Source of the DNA: Sedimentisphaeraceae bacterium JB056
GTDB lineage: Bacteria > Planctomycetota > Phycisphaerae > Sedimentisphaerales > Sedimentisphaeraceae
DNA length: 64,000 bases
Assembly: GCA_044440125.1 (NCBI GenBank)
Contig: JBITAJ010000011.1
Coordinates: 102,648-166,647 of the forward strand
Direction: 5' to 3'
The notes under the pieces were generated by a model. The model did not search any database. It saw only the letters and a list, made by a program, of their open reading frames with translations, and was not told where the DNA came from. Numbering within the stretch: position 1 is the first letter of the stretch; every line of letters starts with the position of its first letter. The position numbers and the translations under genes are program-made. Positions 1 to 10,179 of the stretch are shown here, one piece after another.

Positions 1-139
1 GAAGATAGGGAATTCTCTTGGGCTATTGTCTTTTGGGTAAAAAAACTGGAATTTATGTGTTATTTTGATAATATTGTACTTGAAGTAGTTTTTATTCCAT
101 TTAACAGCAAGCATTTTAGTTTTTGTGAAAGGAGAAGAT

Positions 140-1036
140 ATGAATTTTGAGGAATATCTCCAAAAAGTCGGTCAATGGGCCATCGGTACGGGTTTACGCA
201 TACTTATAATTGTAGTGCTTACTCTTGTTGCGGTGAAGCTTGCCCAGAGTTTTGTTCAGCGTCTTTTTGATAATTATCAGGAGAAACGGAATGCTGATGA
301 AGAACTCAAAAAGAGGATAGATACTTTAAGCGGGATTGTTACGGCCCTGATAGTTGCAGTTATATTTGCCGTTTCGATAGCCATTATTCTCGGTCAGCTT
401 AACATCGAGCTCGGCCCCATACTTGCCGCGGCTGGTGTTGTTGGCGTGGCGGTAGGCTTTGGTGCCCAGCATCTGGTCAGTGATGTCATAAGCGGCTTTT
501 TTCTGCTCTTTGATGATCAGCTCCGTGTGGGTGATGTCGTGCAGATAGCGGGAAAGGGCGGTCTTGTGGAGAGAGTCAATATACGCATGGTGGTGCTTCG
601 CGATCTCGCCGGAAATGTTCATTATATACGTAACGGGCAGATCGATGTGGTAACCAATATGACCAAGGAATACTCACGTTATGTATTTGATGTCGGAGTT
701 GCCTACCGCGAGGATGTTGATGAGGTTATAAGCGTTATCAAACAGGTCGATGAAGATATGCGAACCAACTCGGAGTTTACCGATGATATACTTGAACCTA
801 TCGAGATACTCGGTCTCGACCAGTTTGCCGATTCTGCCGTGATAATCAAGGCTCGTACCAAGACCAAACCGATACGTCAATGGGCTGTCGGCAGGGAATT
901 TAACCGCAGGCTGAAAAAGGCTTTCGACGATCGCAACATCGAAATACCGTTCCCGCACATGACGCTTTATATGGGCCAGGAAAAGGATGGTTCTGCGCCG
1001 CCGGTGCAAGTATCAATGCTTGCTTCAAAGCAGTAG
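140..1036 (+). CDS. Small-conductance mechanosensitive channel (MscS family)
   Basis: TM helices, GVAVGFGAQHLVSDVISG and RVGDVVQIAGKGGLVE MscS motifs, C-terminal IEIPFP; ATG at 140 follows an AGGAG RBS. Confidence 0.9.
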   Translation: MNFEEYLQKVGQWAIGTGLRILIIVVLTLVAVKLAQSFVQRLFDNYQEKRNADEELKKRIDTLSGIVTALIVAVIFAVSIAIILGQLNIELGPILAAAGVVGVAVGFGAQHLVSDVISGFFLLFDDQLRVGDVVQIAGKGGLVERVNIRMVVLRDLAGNVHYIRNGQIDVVTNMTKEYSRYVFDVGVAYREDVDEVISVIKQVDEDMRTNSEFTDDILEPIEILGLDQFADSAVIIKARTKTKPIRQWAVGREFNRRLKKAFDDRNIEIPFPHMTLYMGQEKDGSAPPVQVSMLASKQ

Positions 1037-1063
1037 AGTAGAATATTACGATGATCAAATTTT

Positions 1064-1101
1064 AAGGCCGTGCATAGATTTTATATGCACGGCCTTTTTT
1101 T
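1064..1101 (+). terminator. Intrinsic terminator after mscS
   Basis: AAGGCCGTGCATA / TATGCACGGCCTT stem followed by a T run. Confidence 0.8.
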
Positions 1102-1206
1102 GAGAAGATAGGTGCATATTTCAGTCGCAATGTTTTTGTTGGTTTTAATGAATTGACATTGGCGGTCGATTTGATATATTGAACCTGTTATTTCAAGCAA
1201 AGAATC

Positions 1207-3348
1207 ATGATAAACAAGATCAAACAAAATCTTAAACGTTATTGGGGATATGACCAATTCCGACCTCTTCAACGTGAGGCAATGGAAGCCGTATGCTGCA
1301 ATAGGGACAGTGTCGTTGTGCTTCCTACCGGCGGAGGTAAATCTCTGTGCTATCAGGTGCCTGCGATGGTGCTTGATGGGCTTACAGTTGTTGTCTCACC
1401 GTTGATATCCTTAATGAAAGATCAGGTTGACGCACTTACTCAAAATGGTGTACCGGCGGCAAGGCTTGACAGCACAATCGCCCCCGATATGCAGCATTCA
1501 ATAATCAACGCTCTTTCAAGTGGACAGGTAAAGATACTGTATCTATCACCGGAAAGACTGCTTTCAGAAAACTTCCAACCTGTTCTAAGGAGCCTTGATG
1601 TTCGATTTGTTGCAATCGATGAGGCGCATTGCGTGAGTATGTGGGGACACGACTTTCGACCTGAATATCGCAAGCTCTCAGCTGTTCGTGAGATATTTGG
1701 AGAAAATGTTACGATAGGCGCATATACTGCAACCGCTACAGAGCAGGTAAGAGATGATATCGCCGTTCAGCTTGGCTTGAGAAAGCACTCGCTCTTGGTC
1801 GGTTCTTTTGATAGGCCCAATCTTATATATCGGGTTAAGAGGCGGAGTAATCTTCTATCTCAACTGCAAAAAGTCATAGATCGCCATGATGGTGAATCGG
1901 GTGTTATATACTGCATTCGCAGAAATGATGTCGATGAGCTCACATCTTCTTTGAGCCGTCTTGGATACAAGACAATGGGTTATCATGCAGGCATGAATGA
2001 TGAAATGCGAAGGCTTGCTCAGGATGCCTTTGTTACCGAGAGGGTTGACATAATAGTGGCAACGATTGCGTTTGGTATGGGAATTGATAAGTCTAATGTG
2101 CGTTATGTAGTGCATACAGGTTTGCCTAAATCTCTTGAGAACTATCAGCAGGAAAGCGGCAGGGCCGGTCGTGATGGACTTGAAGCTGAATGCGTCTTGA
2201 TATGGGGTGGAGAGGATTATGGTTTATGGAAACGCATAATCCAGATGGGTGAGCAGGATGCCGCCAATATATCTCTGAAAAAGCTTGGTGATATTTATAA
2301 TTATTGTAACAGTGCTGCATGTCGTCACAAAGAACTTCTTCTGTATTTTGGCCAGGAACTGGAACAATCATCCTGCAGTGCTTGTGATGTGTGTCTTGAT
2401 GAGCTTGAGGCAGTTGGTGAGCCTCTCGTTATATCCCAGAAGATTCTTTCCAATATACTTCGTCTTGAACAGCGTTTCGGTGCCGGCTACAATGCTCTTG
2501 TACTATCGGGCTCAAAGGATCAACGGATACTTGCCGCAGGCCATGATGAACTTTCTACTTATGGTTTGCTTAAGGAGCAGTCTCAGGAGACTATAAGGAA
2601 CTGGATAGACCAGCTCACAAGCCAGGGGTATATCGCCAAGTATGGTGAGTATAACGTACTTGGGGTTACGCAGCAAGGCTGGGATGTTTTGAAGGGAAAT
2701 GCTGTGCCGCGGCTTCTCAAGGTCGCTGTTGGAAAAGCGAAAGAAGCGAAGATCTCTACAGATTCATGGCAGGGTGTTGATAAGGAATTGTTTGACAAGT
2801 TAAGGAAATGGCGAAGTGAGAAAGCTGTTGATATGGGATTGCCGGCATATGTGATTATGACAGATGTTGCGCTGCGTAGTATTGCCAGGTTCAGGCCGAC
2901 AACAGATCGTAATCTTATTCGTATAAAGGGTATTGGAACCAAGAAGCTGAAAGATTATGGTGATGAAATAATTGGAATTGTATCAGACTACTGTGACGAA
3001 AGCGATGTTGAAGCCGATATCGTAAAGACTTCAAGCTCTATGAAACAGAAAAACACAACTAAAGAGCGTGCTTTTGATATGTTTGCACGGGGCAGTTCCA
3101 TAGAAGAAGTTGTTTACGCAACCCTGAGGACAGAATCCACTGTTTGCAGCTATCTTGTTGATTATATCAAACGCAACAGAATCAGCGATCCATCTGACTG
3201 GATAGATAAAGAGAGCTTTGAGCAGGTACGGAAGGTTGTGAGGCAGGAAAAGAAAAAGGCTATAAAGTTTCTTTTTGAGTATTTCGATGGCGAGATACCT
3301 TATGCTGTTATAAAAATATCTGCAGCCGCTATTTCAAATAAGCGATAA
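1207..3348 (+). CDS. recQ: ATP-dependent DNA helicase RecQ with HRDC and C-terminal HTH
   Basis: LPTGGGKSLCYQ, DEAHC, WGHDFRP, QESGRAGRDG, Zn-binding CDVC, RQC and HRDC regions. Confidence 0.95.
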   Translation: MINKIKQNLKRYWGYDQFRPLQREAMEAVCCNRDSVVVLPTGGGKSLCYQVPAMVLDGLTVVVSPLISLMKDQVDALTQNGVPAARLDSTIAPDMQHSIINALSSGQVKILYLSPERLLSENFQPVLRSLDVRFVAIDEAHCVSMWGHDFRPEYRKLSAVREIFGENVTIGAYTATATEQVRDDIAVQLGLRKHSLLVGSFDRPNLIYRVKRRSNLLSQLQKVIDRHDGESGVIYCIRRNDVDELTSSLSRLGYKTMGYHAGMNDEMRRLAQDAFVTERVDIIVATIAFGMGIDKSNVRYVVHTGLPKSLENYQQESGRAGRDGLEAECVLIWGGEDYGLWKRIIQMGEQDAANISLKKLGDIYNYCNSAACRHKELLLYFGQELEQSSCSACDVCLDELEAVGEPLVISQKILSNILRLEQRFGAGYNALVLSGSKDQRILAAGHDELSTYGLLKEQSQETIRNWIDQLTSQGYIAKYGEYNVLGVTQQGWDVLKGNAVPRLLKVAVGKAKEAKISTDSWQGVDKELFDKLRKWRSEKAVDMGLPAYVIMTDVALRSIARFRPTTDRNLIRIKGIGTKKLKDYGDEIIGIVSDYCDESDVEADIVKTSSSMKQKNTTKERAFDMFARGSSIEEVVYATLRTESTVCSYLVDYIKRNRISDPSDWIDKESFEQVRKVVRQEKKKAIKFLFEYFDGEIPYAVIKISAAAISNKR

Positions 3349-3354
3349 GATGTC

Positions 3355-4497
3355 ATGAGACGTATCATACATATAGATATGGATGCATTTTACGCCTCTG
3401 TAGAGCAGTTGGACAATCCAAAATACAGGGGCAAACCTGTTATTGTCGGCGGCGGTGTTCGCGGTGTGGTAAGTGCGGCATCATATGAGGCCAGAGAATT
3501 CGGCGTCCGCAGCGCAATGCCTATGTATAGGGCAAAAAGCTTGTGTCCTGATGCTATCGTTACGCCGGTTCGAATGAAACGATACGCGGAGATATCCAGC
3601 AAGATACATGAGATTTTTTCAATATATACACCTATCATAGAACCTATATCGCTTGATGAGGCATTTCTTGATGTTACGGCCAGTGAACATCTTTTTGAAG
3701 GGGTCCTTAATATAGGAAAAGCCATAAAACAGCAGATAAAAGAGCAGGTGGGCCTGGTTGCTTCGGTTGGTATTTCATACAATAAATTTCTTGCAAAACT
3801 TGCTTCCGATCTGAATAAACCGGATGGTTTTCTTGTAATTACTGAGGATAATGTACTGCAGATACTTGATCGGCTGCCGATATCGAGGCTTTGGGGAGTT
3901 GGGAAAGTTACCGCTCAGAAACTTAATAATTACGGCATTGACACCATAGAGAAATTCAGGAACACGCCCAAAGAACAGCTTCGCAATCTTCTTGGCAATC
4001 AGGCGGAAATATTGTATAATCTTTCAATAGGAGTAGACAACAGGCCGGTAGAGCATCAGCAGGAAGCTAAAAGTATTTCGACAGAAGATACTTTTGAAAC
4101 GGATATCTCTGATAAACAAAAATTACTCGGAGTTTTGCATCAGCAGGTTGAACTTGTTGCTCAGAGACTGCGGCATAAGAATCTCTTTGCCAGGACTGTT
4201 ACTATGAAATTCCGGTATGCAAATTTCAAGACTGTTACGAGGAGTCATACCTTTGAGAGAGCCACTGACAAGACAGTTGAGTTTCGGCAAACTGCGGATT
4301 CTATATTTGAAAAATGGTATTCTAATGCCGGAGGGGCAATAAGATTGCTTGGGTTTGGGGTTTCAGGTTTGAGCAGGTATAGCCAGAAAGCGGGCCTTTT
4401 TGACCGTAATGAAGATCAAAAACAGAGAAATATTGATTCCATGCTTGATAAAATACGTGGGAAGTATGGGAATGATATGATGAAACGCGGGGATTGA
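3355..4497 (+). CDS. dinB: DNA polymerase IV (Y family)
   Basis: IHIDMDAFYASVE, SYEAR, SLDEAFLD, NKFLAKLASD, LWGVG HhH. Confidence 0.95.
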   Translation: MRRIIHIDMDAFYASVEQLDNPKYRGKPVIVGGGVRGVVSAASYEAREFGVRSAMPMYRAKSLCPDAIVTPVRMKRYAEISSKIHEIFSIYTPIIEPISLDEAFLDVTASEHLFEGVLNIGKAIKQQIKEQVGLVASVGISYNKFLAKLASDLNKPDGFLVITEDNVLQILDRLPISRLWGVGKVTAQKLNNYGIDTIEKFRNTPKEQLRNLLGNQAEILYNLSIGVDNRPVEHQQEAKSISTEDTFETDISDKQKLLGVLHQQVELVAQRLRHKNLFARTVTMKFRYANFKTVTRSHTFERATDKTVEFRQTADSIFEKWYSNAGGAIRLLGFGVSGLSRYSQKAGLFDRNEDQKQRNIDSMLDKIRGKYGNDMMKRGD

Positions 4498-4517
4498 TCT
4501 TTAATTTTGAAAAAAAT

Positions 4518-4544
4518 GAACCAATACGCTCTTTCAGACGACTA
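4518..4544 (+). promoter_or_regulatory. Putative ECF-type promoter (GAACC-N16-CGACT) upstream of the ECF sigma gene
   Basis: Matches the AAC / CGAC-CGTC type ECF promoter pattern about 50 bp before the ATG. Confidence 0.5.
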
Positions 4545-4593
4545 TAATGTAGATAGAAATATTTACTGAAGAGATGTAAAAGATCGATAGTCA

Positions 4594-5148
4594 ATGAAAA
4601 ATGACCGTGAAAATATAATTGATCAACTTCTGGTTATGAACGTCCAATCCGGTGACAAAGTATCACTTGAAAAGCTTGTTCAGAGATGGCAAAAACGTTT
4701 TCTGCAATATGCTGTGGTTGTAACGGGTGATTCCAACGCTGCATACGATATTGTTCAGGATTGTTGGCTTGCGATAATAAAGGGAATCGTAAAGCTCAAC
4801 GATCCGGCCAAATTCAAGGTTTGGGCTTTGAGGATTGTTTATAACAAGTCAGCCACATGGATAAGGAAGAAGCAAGCAAATCGAAAGTTCATGCAGAATT
4901 TTTCTGAATATACGAAAGAAGGTTCCGGGGAAAATGACCAAACCACACAGGAAGTCAGGTATGTTTTGATGAATCTGCCTGATAAGTATCGTTCAGTAAT
5001 GACTTTGTATTATTTTGAGAAGCTTTCAATTTCTGAGTTGGCTTCTGTATTCAAAGTGCCTGAGGGGACAATAAAATCACGGTTGTACAAGGCAAGAGAC
5101 TGTTTCAAGCAAGAGTGGAATAAGAAAATTAAAGGAGATCTAAAATGA
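4594..5148 (+). CDS. ECF RNA polymerase sigma factor
   Basis: Region 2 (AYDIVQD..., FKVWALRI) and region 4 (SISELA...PEGTIKSRLYKAR). Confidence 0.9.
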   Translation: MKNDRENIIDQLLVMNVQSGDKVSLEKLVQRWQKRFLQYAVVVTGDSNAAYDIVQDCWLAIIKGIVKLNDPAKFKVWALRIVYNKSATWIRKKQANRKFMQNFSEYTKEGSGENDQTTQEVRYVLMNLPDKYRSVMTLYYFEKLSISELASVFKVPEGTIKSRLYKARDCFKQEWNKKIKGDLK

Positions 5149-5519
5149 ATGACGATGTTAAAAGAATACTTGATGACGATGTTTTCTCAAAGGAAACAGA
5201 TGTAAGCCGGGAAGATACCTTGAGAGGTATGATATCAACGGCATATTCCGCGAGGATGCGAAGTATGATGGTCTTAGCCTGGATATATATACTTATCTTC
5301 ATGGGACTGGCGATATGGGCTGCAGTAGAGTTTTGTCGAACAGAGCAGCTTAAAATAATGATATTCTCATCTGCGGGATTTGTAGTATGCATGCTTTTTG
5401 TTTCGGTTATTAAATTGTGGATTTGGCAAAATGTTGCAAGAATCAACCTGAAAAGAGAAATAAAGAGGCTAGAACTCAAAGTCGCAGAGTTAATAACTGT
5501 TATAGAAAAAGATAAATAG
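5145..5519 (+). CDS. Small two-TM membrane protein, candidate anti-sigma or partner of the ECF sigma
   Basis: Overlaps the sigma stop codon; two hydrophobic helices; C-terminal REIKRLEL coiled segment. Confidence 0.6.
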   Translation: MNDDVKRILDDDVFSKETDVSREDTLRGMISTAYSARMRSMMVLAWIYILIFMGLAIWAAVEFCRTEQLKIMIFSSAGFVVCMLFVSVIKLWIWQNVARINLKREIKRLELKVAELITVIEKDK

Positions 5520-5734
5520 ACACGGGCTGTTTTTCAATTTTTGGCTGAAAAAGCTGTCTTTTTATGCCCGTATAATAGTTGGTAATGTGATTTTGTCGGC
5601 TCATCTGTTGGTAGAAAAGGATTGACTAAAAGCGAGTATTGTGTTATATTCGTATCCACAATATCTACTTGCTTAAGGCGGTATTTATTGGCGGGTATTA
5701 TCGTTTTATACAATATTTTCAAGGAATAGAAGTT

Positions 5735-6850
5735 TTGATAAGATCAAGTAAAAAGATTTTTTGGGCCGTAACGTTTCTGGCGGCTTGTATTGTTGCTGGT
5801 TGCGGTTACAAAGAGCCGAAAGCAAAGTATACTGATAAGCAGCTTCAGAATATTCCTCAGCCAAATGCAAACGAGCTCCCTTCTCCGAGCGGGGGATTGG
5901 TTCTTGCTGTAAATGGAGAAACTCTTGAGGCTGAAAATATTATTAAAGCTGGTGTTGCGGCAAGTAAGAAGTTGGCTGCGCAAAGCTCTTATGAAAAGTT
6001 TGCACCAGCAGTCTATCCTTACATAAAGCAGATGTTAATTGACAAGGTTACTAATCTTCTTCTTTATCAAAAGGCTAAGACCACAGTTCCAGAGTCTGTA
6101 TTTGAAGAGGATGGGCCTCTTGATAAAGCTGTTGATACGGAAGTGAGAAGGTATCTCGCTAACTATGAAAATAACTATGCCCTTGCACAGAAAGAGCTCG
6201 AAAGGCAGGGTCATGACTGGAACAGTTATCGTCAGTTGCAAAAGAAGCAATTGCTTGCCCAGATGTATTTCGGCAATGAGATAGACAGGAATCCTGAAAT
6301 TTCCTATAGCCAAATAATAGAATTTTACAATTCTAACAAGGAAGAAAAGTTTAAGCGTGAGCCGAAGACCAAGTTTTTGCTTATCGATATTTTGAAAGAG
6401 GATTCGCCGCAGAAAGCAATGGAAAAGGCCCAGAAAGCTTTTGAAGATATCAAAAGCGGCAAAGAATTCGAAGATTGTGTTGTGGAATACTCAGAAGGTG
6501 TGAAAGCCAAACGCGGCGGCCTATGGGAGACGGCAGACCCTTCGTCCCTGATATCACCTTACAATCATGTTATCGCCGAGATAGACCAGATGGAAAATGG
6601 AGATGTTTCTGGTATAATAGAGACCGAGGGACATTTCTTCATTGTTAAACTTATTGAGAATACCAAAGGTGGATACATACCTTTTACAAGCGTTCAGGAA
6701 GATATTGAAAGATATCTTCAAAATGTTGAGCGCAAGGAACAAATGGATAAACTGCTAAGTGATCTCTTCGAACAGGCTGATATAACAGGTCTGGAAGGTT
6801 TCCTGCAATATTGCATACAGCAGGTCTATCTACGCAGCAATGCTGAATGA
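5735..6850 (+). CDS. Lipoprotein parvulin-type peptidyl-prolyl isomerase (SurA/PrsA-like)
   Basis: Lipobox VAGC; rotamase features (GKEF...YSE...RGGLW, SGIIETEGHFFIVKL); TTG start at 5735 chosen from the AAGGA RBS. Confidence 0.75.
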   Translation: MIRSSKKIFWAVTFLAACIVAGCGYKEPKAKYTDKQLQNIPQPNANELPSPSGGLVLAVNGETLEAENIIKAGVAASKKLAAQSSYEKFAPAVYPYIKQMLIDKVTNLLLYQKAKTTVPESVFEEDGPLDKAVDTEVRRYLANYENNYALAQKELERQGHDWNSYRQLQKKQLLAQMYFGNEIDRNPEISYSQIIEFYNSNKEEKFKREPKTKFLLIDILKEDSPQKAMEKAQKAFEDIKSGKEFEDCVVEYSEGVKAKRGGLWETADPSSLISPYNHVIAEIDQMENGDVSGIIETEGHFFIVKLIENTKGGYIPFTSVQEDIERYLQNVERKEQMDKLLSDLFEQADITGLEGFLQYCIQQVYLRSNAE

Positions 6851-6881
6851 TCTCCTGTTTTTGATATGAGATTCGAGTATA

Positions 6882-7271
6882 ATGAAGATAATCGCACACG
6901 GCATTGATCTTGTAAGTCTTAAGCGTATCAGCTCTATGGTAGAAAAGCATGAGGAGCATTTTCTTGCGAGAGTCTATACTGAAAAAGAGATAGCTTATGC
7001 CGGTAATAATAAGAAACGTATAGAGCGTCTTGCCGGACGTTTTGCGGCTAAGGAAGCAGTGTTGAAATTGATAGGCACAGGTTTGAGGGGCAAAATGAGC
7101 TGGAAAGACATTGAAGTTGTAAACGATGATCTTGGCCGGCCTGTAGTTGCAATAAGCGGCGAAGTGAAAGCTGTTGCCGATAAACATGGTATAGAACAAA
7201 TAACAATAAGTATAACGCATACTGCTGATCTTGCTATGGCCTCAGCTGTTGCGTTTACTGAAGTCTTATGA
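6882..7271 (+). CDS. acpS: Holo-[acyl-carrier-protein] synthase
   Basis: HGIDLV, LAGRFAAKEAVLK, ISITH motifs. Confidence 0.95.
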   Translation: MKIIAHGIDLVSLKRISSMVEKHEEHFLARVYTEKEIAYAGNNKKRIERLAGRFAAKEAVLKLIGTGLRGKMSWKDIEVVNDDLGRPVVAISGEVKAVADKHGIEQITISITHTADLAMASAVAFTEVL

Positions 7272-9088
7272 TAAATAAACAATACGATTGCATAGTCATA
7301 GGCGGCGGACACGCGGGCATTGAGGCTGCACATGCAGCAGCTCGTCTTGGAGCCAGTACTATGCTGCTTACAATAAGAATCGATACGATTGGAGCTATGA
7401 GCTGTAATCCATCAATTGGTGGCTTGGGGAAAGGGCAGCTGACAAGAGAGATAGACGCTCTTGGCGGACTTATGGCCAAGGCAATTGACGCCACAGGCTT
7501 GCAATTCAAGCTCCTGAACCGCTCAAAAGGTCCTGCCGTACAGTCACCGCGCGCCCAGGCAGATAAGTATGCTTACAAGCAATATATGCAAGACTACCTC
7601 GTAAAGGTTGAAGGTTTGGATATAGTGCAGGGTATTGCGGCTGATATCATGGTCAAGGATAGCAAAGTAACGGCCGTAACTACTACAGATGGGCGAAAAT
7701 TCGAGACAAAAACGGCTATCGTGACCGCTGGAACCTTTCTTCGGGGCATAATGCACATCGGAGAAGAGCAGATACCCGGCGGCAGACTTGGTGAACCGCC
7801 AAGTAATGAGCTTAGTCAGTCGTTGAAAAAGCTTGGCCTTAAAGTCGAAAGGCTTAAAACCGGAACGCCTGTTCGTCTTGACGCTTCAACCCTTGACTAT
7901 GACAAAATGCAGAAGCAGGATGGCGAGGAAGAACCTGTTCCTTTTTCTTTCGTTACGGATAAGATCGAGCGGCCTCAGATTCCTTGCTGGATAACTTCAA
8001 CAAACGAAAAAGTTCATAAAATACTGCATGACAATCTGGAGAGAGCGCCTCTGTATTCCGGGCAGATACTTTCCACCGGACCAAGGTATTGCCCAAGCAT
8101 TGAGACGAAAATACTTCGTTTTCCAGAGAAACACAGTCATCAGATATTTGTTGAGCCAGAGAGCGCAGATCAAACAACCATGTATCCTAATGGGATAAGT
8201 ACTTCGGTGCCCAAGGATGTTCAGGAGGCAATGCTTAAGAATATCCCTGGGCTTGAGAATGCCAAGATTGTTCATTATGCGTATGCGATTGAGTATGACT
8301 ATTGCCCCCCAGATCAGCTTCGAATGAACCTTGAAACAAGATCGATTAGCGGCTTATTTATGGCAGGACAGGTAAATGGTACAAGCGGCTATGAAGAGGC
8401 TGGTGCACAGGGAATCTATGCCGGTATAAATGCCGTGAGGTTGATTAATAATCAAGAGCCGATGATTCTTGGCAGAGATCAAGCCTACATAGGAGTTATG
8501 ATTGATGATCTGCTCACCAAGGAGATCATTGAACCGTACAGGATGTTTACTTCACGTGCGGAATACAGACTTGCCTTGAGAGCTGATAATGCCGACAGGC
8601 GGTTAACTCCGATTGGCAGAGAAATTGGTCTTGTTGATGACGAGCGTTGGAAAATATTCTCCGAAAAGATTCATAATATCAATATACTGACTGATTACAT
8701 GAAGAATACGCGATTGAATGGTGTTTCATATTGGCAGAAGCTTGCTCAGCCTCAAAGTAATTTTAAGGATGAGTTTGCCCAATTAGATTTTATAAAAGAG
8801 CTTGCAGCTAAACCTGAAGTGATTGAGGCTGTTCAGATTGATGCCAAATACGAGGGTTATCTTGAGAAAGAGCAGAAACTCGTTCGCAGTTTCCGTAATC
8901 TCGAGAATCAAAAGGTACCTGATGATATAGACTATGATAATGTACCTCATTTACGTGCTGAAGCACGTGAGCGGCTGAGTTCTGTCAGACCGTTCACTTT
9001 AGGACAGGCAAGCAGAATAGGCGGAATTACTCCCGCTGATATTACCGTTATCCAGGTATTCATCAAAAGGTCTAAGGGCTGGGATTGA
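7268..9088 (+). CDS. mnmG: tRNA uridine-5-carboxymethylaminomethyl(34) synthesis enzyme MnmG/GidA
   Basis: GGGHAG, SCNPSIGG, GPRYCPSIE, AGQVNGTSGYEEA, EPYRMFTSRAEYRL. Confidence 0.97.
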   Translation: MINKQYDCIVIGGGHAGIEAAHAAARLGASTMLLTIRIDTIGAMSCNPSIGGLGKGQLTREIDALGGLMAKAIDATGLQFKLLNRSKGPAVQSPRAQADKYAYKQYMQDYLVKVEGLDIVQGIAADIMVKDSKVTAVTTTDGRKFETKTAIVTAGTFLRGIMHIGEEQIPGGRLGEPPSNELSQSLKKLGLKVERLKTGTPVRLDASTLDYDKMQKQDGEEEPVPFSFVTDKIERPQIPCWITSTNEKVHKILHDNLERAPLYSGQILSTGPRYCPSIETKILRFPEKHSHQIFVEPESADQTTMYPNGISTSVPKDVQEAMLKNIPGLENAKIVHYAYAIEYDYCPPDQLRMNLETRSISGLFMAGQVNGTSGYEEAGAQGIYAGINAVRLINNQEPMILGRDQAYIGVMIDDLLTKEIIEPYRMFTSRAEYRLALRADNADRRLTPIGREIGLVDDERWKIFSEKIHNINILTDYMKNTRLNGVSYWQKLAQPQSNFKDEFAQLDFIKELAAKPEVIEAVQIDAKYEGYLEKEQKLVRSFRNLENQKVPDDIDYDNVPHLRAEARERLSSVRPFTLGQASRIGGITPADITVIQVFIKRSKGWD

Positions 9089-9089
9089 G

Positions 9090-9968
9090 ATGAGGCCAAA
9101 GAGCGTAAATAGAAAAATACGGGAAGGTCTCAAGCTTAATAACGATGATAAGGGGCTTAATTCATTTATTGCCAAGACAGGGCTTCTTTTTTGCGGATGT
9201 TGGAAAAAAGCACGGAAAGCGGTTGAAAACATTGGGCTTACTGAAACAGAGCTTTGCTTCGATGAGCTGCCAACATCGTTTAACGGTAAAAAGGTACTTT
9301 TTATAAGTGATTTACATTTCCCGGGATTTGATGGTTTTACGGATAAACTTGATGATATGTTGAGATCATTGAGCTTTGATTACTGCTTTCTTGGCGGTGA
9401 CTATAGTAATGGAACAGGAGCTTTTCCTGAGCTTGTTGAGCCGTGTCTTAAACACTTGATAAAATCCATAAAGAGAAAGACAAGAAACATTTATGGGATA
9501 TTGGGGAATCACGATGTTTACGAAACTGCCGTTTTTCTCGAATCACAGGGTGTTAAAATGCTTTTGAATGACAATGATGTCATTCGTTGCGGCAGTGATA
9601 TTATTTCTATTGTCGGTGTTGATGACAACCACAATTATAGAGATACGAACTGGGAGCTTGCAGAGGAAAAGCTCGATAAGGATACCTTCAAGATACTTCT
9701 AAGCCATTCTCCTGACAATTATAAAACAGCATCCGATAAAAACTATCAGATTATGCTGGCCGGCCATACTCATGGTGGACAGATATGTATTCCGCCGGGC
9801 ATTCCGGTTGTCACGCATACAAAAGCCAGAGGGCGATTTGTAAGAGGGTATTGGGAATACAAGCAATTAAAAGGGTATACTTCCTGTGGTGCAGGAACAT
9901 CTCCTATAGGTGCCAGATTTTTTGCCAATCCTGAAATATGCCTTTTTACATTAAAAAAACAGCAATAG
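9090..9968 (+). CDS. Calcineurin-like metallophosphoesterase
   Basis: SDLH, GGD, GNHD, LSHSPD, AGHTHGGQ. Confidence 0.9.
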   Translation: MRPKSVNRKIREGLKLNNDDKGLNSFIAKTGLLFCGCWKKARKAVENIGLTETELCFDELPTSFNGKKVLFISDLHFPGFDGFTDKLDDMLRSLSFDYCFLGGDYSNGTGAFPELVEPCLKHLIKSIKRKTRNIYGILGNHDVYETAVFLESQGVKMLLNDNDVIRCGSDIISIVGVDDNHNYRDTNWELAEEKLDKDTFKILLSHSPDNYKTASDKNYQIMLAGHTHGGQICIPPGIPVVTHTKARGRFVRGYWEYKQLKGYTSCGAGTSPIGARFFANPEICLFTLKKQQ

Positions 9969-10179
9969 CAGCCAGCTTTTTTCTATTATACTTCATAAAT
10001 ATTTAAAAGTTTCAACAGGCTCTTGATAATGTCTTCAATATCGAGATAATAAAGGGATTGTGGAGTTTTATGAGTGATTGATGCCGCAGTGGCAGCCTTG
10101 AGGCATAAACCTGATTGTATGCAGTTTGATCATCATTTATTTTATCTAATGAACTCTAAAGAACTTAGATTGGTTATGT

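Noticed and set aside
1100..1206. SOS/LexA box upstream of recQ-dinB
   Set aside because: A TTGACA-type promoter is visible but no convincing palindromic operator
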